Positions 59,093-64,000 of a stretch of DNA of 64,000 nucleotides are shown here, one piece after another (within the stretch, counting starts at the first letter, position 1; each line of letters starts with the position of its first letter). This DNA comes from Candidatus Omnitrophota bacterium (lineage in GTDB: Bacteria > Omnitrophota > Gorgyraeia > Gygaellales > Profunditerraquicolaceae), in NCBI GenBank assembly GCA_026387355.1, contig JAPLLW010000014.1:5295-69294 (forward strand), given 5' to 3'. The translations under genes and the position numbers were made by a program. Under the pieces are notes generated by a model. That model was given only the letters and a program-made list of their open reading frames with translations, had not been told where the DNA came from and ran no database searches.

Positions 59093-60412
59093 ATGAGGCC
59101 AAAAGTCTTCAGGCAGATTTCTGGCCTTAGAGGTAAAGTAATCCTACCCGGCGATAAATCTATCGCTCATCGCGCAATAATACTCTCAAGTATTTCCCGA
59201 GGCAAAGTTCAAATAGATAATTTTCCAGCGAACGTTGATTGTCTTGTTACTTTAGCTGCATTTAAGAAACTAGGCGTAAAAAGCGTACTTAAGAAAAATA
59301 ATCTAATTATTTTTGGCAGAGGGTTAAATGGTTTGAAAAAGCCGAAAGGCCCTATTTTTTTGTCCGAATCAGGTACGAGTTTTAGGCTTCTTCTTGGAGT
59401 TTTGGCAGGCCAGAACTTTTCTACCATGCTTACCGCAGGTCCGTCACTAAGTGTTAGGCCTATGCGCCGGGTGACTGAGCCGCTAAGAAAAATGGGGGCG
59501 CAAATTAGTTCCTACCTTGTGGATACCATAGCGCACTCTGAAGAATATCCTCCGGTTGAAATATGCGGGCACGCTATTAATGGGATCGATTATAAAATAC
59601 CGTTGGCTAGTGCTCAGATAAAATCTGCTGTTTTGCTAGCCGGGTTATTCGCCAAAGGAAAGACCACAGTTACGGAGTTAGTAAGAACGCGCGACCATAC
59701 GGAGAGGATGTTAAGATCCTTTAAGGTAAAGGTAGGGGTAAGGGGAAAGAAAATCAGTGTGCGGGGAGGGCAGATTTTAAAATCACCAGGAAAGATTTTT
59801 ATCCCGGGAGATATTTCATCGGCGGCATTCTTTATGGTAGCGGCTGCCATCGTTCCTGATTCCGAAATTCTGATTGAGAATGTGAGTTTGAATCCTTTGC
59901 GCATTGGAGTATTGAAAGCGCTCAAAAGAATGGGTGTAGATATTAAGCTTACAATTCATATAGCTCAAGGTGAGCCCGTGGGCGATATTACTGTCAAATC
60001 TAGTAAATTAACTGGGATAAAGATAGAAAGCAGAGAGATCCCTTCTTTAATTGATGAGTTGCCGATTCTAATGGTTGCTGCGAGTTTTGCCAGCGGCAAG
60101 AGTGTATTCGAGGGTGTGGGCGAGTTACGGGTTAAAGAGACAGACAGGATACGCTCAATGACTGAAAATTTGCTGAGTATGGGGGCTTCTATTGAAGTAA
60201 GCAAAGAAAACGGAGAAGAGAATATTGTTATAAATGGAGTAAAAGTACTTCGCGCAGCTAAAGTTAAGAGCTTTGGTGACCACCGAACTGCTATGAGCAT
60301 GCTTATTGCAGGTCTTGTTGCATCTGGGCCTGTCAAAGTAGATGATCTAGCCTGTATTCGTAAATCCTTCCCTGATTTTGTAAAGGTCTTGAGTAAATTA
60401 AAGCACGGATAA
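59093..60412 (+). CDS. aroA: 3-phosphoshikimate 1-carboxyvinyltransferase (EPSP synthase)
   Basis: 439 aa; LPGDKSIAHRA N-terminus and the EPSPS two-domain repeat pattern. Confidence 0.9.
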   Translation: MRPKVFRQISGLRGKVILPGDKSIAHRAIILSSISRGKVQIDNFPANVDCLVTLAAFKKLGVKSVLKKNNLIIFGRGLNGLKKPKGPIFLSESGTSFRLLLGVLAGQNFSTMLTAGPSLSVRPMRRVTEPLRKMGAQISSYLVDTIAHSEEYPPVEICGHAINGIDYKIPLASAQIKSAVLLAGLFAKGKTTVTELVRTRDHTERMLRSFKVKVGVRGKKISVRGGQILKSPGKIFIPGDISSAAFFMVAAAIVPDSEILIENVSLNPLRIGVLKALKRMGVDIKLTIHIAQGEPVGDITVKSSKLTGIKIESREIPSLIDELPILMVAASFASGKSVFEGVGELRVKETDRIRSMTENLLSMGASIEVSKENGEENIVINGVKVLRAAKVKSFGDHRTAMSMLIAGLVASGPVKVDDLACIRKSFPDFVKVLSKLKHG

Positions 60413-60422
60413 ATATATAAAT

Positions 60423-61898
60423 ATGAAGAAAATCAGTATTCTTCTGTTTTTATTCTGCATATCGCTGGTATTCGCCTATGCCGCAAACAGTCAAAACCCA
60501 AACTCATCTAGCCACTATATCGACAATGGTAACCGTTCGATAACTGACACTCAGACCGGGCTGACCTGGCTTAAGTGCAATGTCGATTCAAAAGCAGCTA
60601 ACTGTTCGGATAACAAACAGCTTCAATATGTCCCTGTAGGCGTAGCTGGAGAGAGCCCATCAGACCTTAGCTGCTACAACGACGACTCCGGAACATCACG
60701 ATGCGCAAATGGAGTCTTGTGTAATGATGGAATCTTTGTTACGGTTGACTGGCGCTCGGATTTTATGCAGTACAAGGATGATTACCTACCATATACGGAT
60801 CATACCAAAACCTGTTTTGTGAATGCCCCGGATACAGCTAAAGAACGTACCTGCTCTAAACATGGCGGAGTCGCTATCAAAAAATGGCGCGTTCCAACCC
60901 TAACAGAAATAAAAACCATCTTCGACCCTAATCTGCCCTGGGGGACAGGTGACCAAGCTACTTGCGGCGGAACCGACCTTAAATTCTTCCCGTATACTAA
61001 AGGATACTATCAGACAACCGGCCCCGAAGATTCAACCGGCTTTGGCCCTTCCGCAACTGAAGTAAAAAGGAAATTCTTTTTCTTTCCTGAGGGCGGGACG
61101 ACTGATGAAATCAGCGGCTGCCTACGGTGTGTAAGTGATCAAAAGGGCGGGCGCGCCACAGCGGGCGGTCCTGTGTTCTGCGAGCAGAAGATACCATTCA
61201 AAATTTATATTGAATCTGAACAAAATGGTATCAATAAACCATGTAAATTAATAGATAAGATGTGGAAGAAAGAAGACGAGAATATGGTTTATTACTATGT
61301 GCGCACCATCAGCGAAGCTCCAACAAGTTTTACAGGGGATAGCTGGACAATATGTAATAAGAATAATGGGGTCTGTACTCAATATAATAGTACTGTTAGT
61401 AACGGTTGCACCAAAACAACCATACCTTATGATCAAAGTTTCTTTTCGCCAACAACAAAACCTGAGAAGTTTTATGCTAACGAAGTAACTGGAATTAAAA
61501 AAACAGTCAATGGCATAGAGGGAAATCAATTGGTTACACCAAGAATAAATAAAGGGCAATTTGGTAGTAATTCAATAGAAGTTAAAAGCGATTTTGTAAA
61601 TAAGGAATATTGCGAGTCTCTACATTCTGAAATAATTCCTCATAACGCGGAATATCCGGAAGGCGATCTACACAGTATTACTCAAGTGTTAAGGCTCTCA
61701 AGGGATGTTTCTGATTCAGTATTCATTCCCCCGTCAGGCTGCACTGAAGGTCCTAAAGCAGATTACCCAACAGGAGAAAGCACTTATGGCTACGTAAACA
61801 ATACAAGTTCCAGTTATAAGTACGATAACTCAACCGTGAATAGAGAAAATGAAAATTCAAAACAACCCTACAAAAGGCAATATGGAACAAATGAATAG
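60423..61898 (+). CDS. secreted cysteine-rich protein with an N-terminal DUF1566 (Lcl C-terminal)-like module; GC/codon usage atypical for this genome
   Basis: 491 aa; signal peptide (FAYA-ANS); ITDTQTGLTWLKC resembles the DUF1566 TGLMW motif; at least 20 Cys; sampled 60-nt windows are 45-48% GC vs ~38-40% in flanking genes. Confidence 0.6.
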   Translation: MKKISILLFLFCISLVFAYAANSQNPNSSSHYIDNGNRSITDTQTGLTWLKCNVDSKAANCSDNKQLQYVPVGVAGESPSDLSCYNDDSGTSRCANGVLCNDGIFVTVDWRSDFMQYKDDYLPYTDHTKTCFVNAPDTAKERTCSKHGGVAIKKWRVPTLTEIKTIFDPNLPWGTGDQATCGGTDLKFFPYTKGYYQTTGPEDSTGFGPSATEVKRKFFFFPEGGTTDEISGCLRCVSDQKGGRATAGGPVFCEQKIPFKIYIESEQNGINKPCKLIDKMWKKEDENMVYYYVRTISEAPTSFTGDSWTICNKNNGVCTQYNSTVSNGCTKTTIPYDQSFFSPTTKPEKFYANEVTGIKKTVNGIEGNQLVTPRINKGQFGSNSIEVKSDFVNKEYCESLHSEIIPHNAEYPEGDLHSITQVLRLSRDVSDSVFIPPSGCTEGPKADYPTGESTYGYVNNTSSSYKYDNSTVNRENENSKQPYKRQYGTNE

Positions 61899-62042
61899 GA
61901 AGCATCCAATATACATCGTTGATTTCGATGGAAATAACTTAAAGTATTTGATTATTACCGCTATTGTCGATTCCCGTGGCGTAGCCACAAGGTAATGGCA
62001 TAGGTTGCAGATTTGGGAAGCTAAATTTCTCTAACTTTTTGT

Positions 62043-62071
62043 TTGACATATAGTTTAATCTCTGCTACAAT
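62043..62071 (+). promoter_or_regulatory. sigma70 promoter TTGACA-N17-TACAAT upstream of mreB
   Basis: Read directly: TTGACA 62043-62048, TACAAT 62066-62071. Confidence 0.6.
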
Positions 62072-62122
62072 CCTTTTCACGTGTCAAAAGAATGTTTAGT
62101 GTTATGCAGGTAGGGGGTATTA

Positions 62123-63196
62123 ATGGGTAAAATCCAGCAGTTATTCAAAAAAGTCTCAGATTATATCTTAGATTTACTTTCCAACGATATCGGTATTGAT
62201 TTAGGGACAGCTACTACGTTAGTTTACGTCAAAGGCGAAGGGGTGGTTCTTTGTGAGCCATCTGTGGTTGCTGTTGAGCGCGGGACTTCTCATGTTTTGG
62301 CTGTAGGTGAAGAAGCTAAGCGCATGTTGGGACGTACTCCCGGCAATATCGTAGCTATACGCCCGATGCGTGATGGGGTAATTACGGATTTCGAAGTAAC
62401 CGAAGCGATGTTGAGGCATTTTATAAGAAAAGTGCGACATCGCCGTTTTCAGATAAGGCCAAGGATAGTTATCGCTATACCTTCCGGGATCACTGAGGTA
62501 GAACGTCGCGCAGTTAAAGAATCAGCAGAGCGTGCAGGTGCAAGAGAGGTTTTCTTGATTGAGGAACCCATTGCCGCAGCTATTGGCGTAGGTCTTCCTA
62601 TTCAAGAACCCGTAGGCAATATGATTATAGATATTGGAGGCGGAACAACCGAAATTGCTGTAATTTCTTTAGCCGGAACTGTTTTTTCTAAGTCTATCCG
62701 CATTGGCGGAGACGAAATGAATGAGGCAATCGTTGAATATCTTAAGAAAACTTATAATTTAATGGTTGGAGAGCGTACTTCAGAAGAAATAAAGATTAAG
62801 ATTGGTTCGGCTTATCCGTTGGAAGAAGAATTGAGCCTTGAGGTAAAGGGTAGAGATTTAATCGCCGGTTTACCTAAAGCAGTTACTGTGACTTCGGAAG
62901 AAATCAGAGAAGCGTTACAAGAGCCTTTGCGGGCAATCATAGAGGTTACAAAGATTTCTCTTGAACGCACTCCACCTGAATTAGCCTCGGATTTAATAGA
63001 ACACGGAATTGTTATGGCTGGCGGAGGTTCATTGCTTAAGGGTTTGGATAAACTCATCTCCGAAGAGACAGGCCTACCTGTGCATATTGCTGATGATCCA
63101 GTCACCGCTGTTGCTAACGGAACAGGTAAGGTGCTTAACGAAATCAAATATCTTAAGAAAGTCACCGTCTCAGTAAAGCCTGAGATGCATTCCTGA
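62123..63196 (+). CDS. mreB: rod shape-determining protein MreB
   Basis: 357 aa; [42 protein letters not shown] are actin-like MreB signatures. Confidence 0.95.
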   Translation: MGKIQQLFKKVSDYILDLLSNDIGIDLGTATTLVYVKGEGVVLCEPSVVAVERGTSHVLAVGEEAKRMLGRTPGNIVAIRPMRDGVITDFEVTEAMLRHFIRKVRHRRFQIRPRIVIAIPSGITEVERRAVKESAERAGAREVFLIEEPIAAAIGVGLPIQEPVGNMIIDIGGGTTEIAVISLAGTVFSKSIRIGGDEMNEAIVEYLKKTYNLMVGERTSEEIKIKIGSAYPLEEELSLEVKGRDLIAGLPKAVTVTSEEIREALQEPLRAIIEVTKISLERTPPELASDLIEHGIVMAGGGSLLKGLDKLISEETGLPVHIADDPVTAVANGTGKVLNEIKYLKKVTVSVKPEMHS

Positions 63197-63218
63197 TTGA
63201 TTCTTTAGAAAATAAAAT

Positions 63219-63992
63219 GTGTTTAACCTCAAAAATAAAAATCTAATCCTAGTTTTATCAATTGTTTCGTTTATAGTTTTACTTTCTCTTTCCGTAGTAA
63301 TCCTAGTAAATCCTCTAATATCGATGTTAAGATATCCACTTGGTTTTGTCTCTGCGATTCAGCGTGAAGTTGGCGGTGTTGTATTTTATCATCGCAATCT
63401 CGTCCAAAACGATCTGCTCAAAAGAGAAGTCGATTACTTAAAGAATAAGCTAAATAGTATGAATGAAATTTACCTGGAGAATCTGCGTTTAAAAGAGATC
63501 CTTTCTTTAAAACAGAGATCTCCTTTTAAATTTATCAGCGCAAGAGTTATTGCCCGCTCTGCGGATAACTGGTCATCGGGTTTAATCATTGATAAGGGAT
63601 CTTATTCCGGGATAAAAAAGGGTATGGCCGCAGTGACTTATCTAGGTTTAATTGGTAGGGTTATTGAGACGACTAATCAAACAGCCAAGGTAATGCTGCT
63701 TACTGATCCGAATCTGGGTGTTTCAAGCCTCATCCAACGCAGCCGCCAAGAAGGGCTTGTCTGTGGAACCTTAGGGAGCAATCTGATTATGAAATATTTA
63801 CCCGAAGATGCCGATATTAAATTGCAGGATGTAATAGTAAGCTCAGGTTTAAATAATTCATACCCTAAGGGTCTTCTTATAGGAAGGGTAGTTGATATTG
63901 GTAATGAGTTTTCTGGTTTAAGCAAATACGCTATAATCAGGCCCGAGGCGCAATTATCCAATATTGAAGAAGTATTAATAGCCGTCCAATGA
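63219..63992 (+). CDS. mreC: rod shape-determining protein MreC
   Basis: 257 aa; N-terminal TM, coiled-coil, then the MreC beta domain (GLIGRVIETTNQTAKVMLLTD ... GLLIGRV); directly follows mreB. Confidence 0.8.
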   Translation: MFNLKNKNLILVLSIVSFIVLLSLSVVILVNPLISMLRYPLGFVSAIQREVGGVVFYHRNLVQNDLLKREVDYLKNKLNSMNEIYLENLRLKEILSLKQRSPFKFISARVIARSADNWSSGLIIDKGSYSGIKKGMAAVTYLGLIGRVIETTNQTAKVMLLTDPNLGVSSLIQRSRQEGLVCGTLGSNLIMKYLPEDADIKLQDVIVSSGLNNSYPKGLLIGRVVDIGNEFSGLSKYAIIRPEAQLSNIEEVLIAVQ

Positions 63993-64000
63993 AATCATCC

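Noticed and set aside
61955-61990. Hairpin CCCGTGGCGTAGCCACAAGG after the Cys-rich gene as an intrinsic terminator
   Set aside because: The stem is short (5 bp) and is not followed by a U-tract. Retained only as a remark in the findings.

Overview
This is a low-GC (~38-40%) bacterial chromosomal segment that is almost entirely conserved housekeeping genes, densely packed and often overlapping. The organism looks like an uncultivated diderm: Lgt, LspA, a BamE-like lipoprotein and MreBC are present. The order is broadly consistent with a PVC/Omnitrophota-like lineage, but this cannot be proven from sequence alone.

Gene content, in order:
- trpB (3' end), trpA, an M16 peptidase and a CNNM/CorC membrane protein.
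- A small zinc-ribbon gene, rsfS, argS, recJ and rpmB (minus strand).
- A HicB-like gene, a GtrA-like/zinc-ribbon gene and guaD.
- rpsO-pnp, ftsK, a rodZ-like gene, rimO, pgsA and pgpA.
- ligT and cinA on the minus strand.
- An FMN riboswitch-controlled rib operon: a membrane protein, ribBA, ribH, nusB, a PHP phosphoesterase, ribD and ribE.
- A tRNA-Pro locus followed by three small genes with slightly atypical composition (a Cys-rich protein and two lipoproteins, one BamE-like).
- acyP, ligA, an MBL-fold hydrolase, xerD, a CCA/polyA-polymerase family gene, rbfA, nrnA and ribF.
- A complete dcw cluster: mraZ, rsmH, ftsL, ftsI, murE, murF, mraY, murD, ftsW, murG, a peptidase MA-like gene, murC, murB, ddl, ftsQ and ftsA.
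- yggS, proC, mtnP, ileS, a DksA/TraR-like gene, lspA, lgt, rluD, a coiled-coil protein, aroA, a Cys-rich secreted protein, mreB and mreC.

Points worth a second look:
- ftsZ is absent from its invariant slot between ftsA and yggS.
- ftsW carries a frameshift.
- A small CxxC...CxxC zinc-ribbon gene upstream of rsfS is split by a frameshift.
- An intact tRNA-Pro(CGG) is flanked by 5' and 3' partial copies of itself, next to a small islet with atypical composition.
- A secreted metallopeptidase-like gene sits between murG and murC.
- A PHP phosphoesterase is embedded in the FMN-riboswitch rib operon.
- Consensus sigma70 promoters are visible in several places, and an MraZ-box array lies upstream of mraZ.

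No CRISPR array, transposase, phage gene or obvious defence system is visible in the window.
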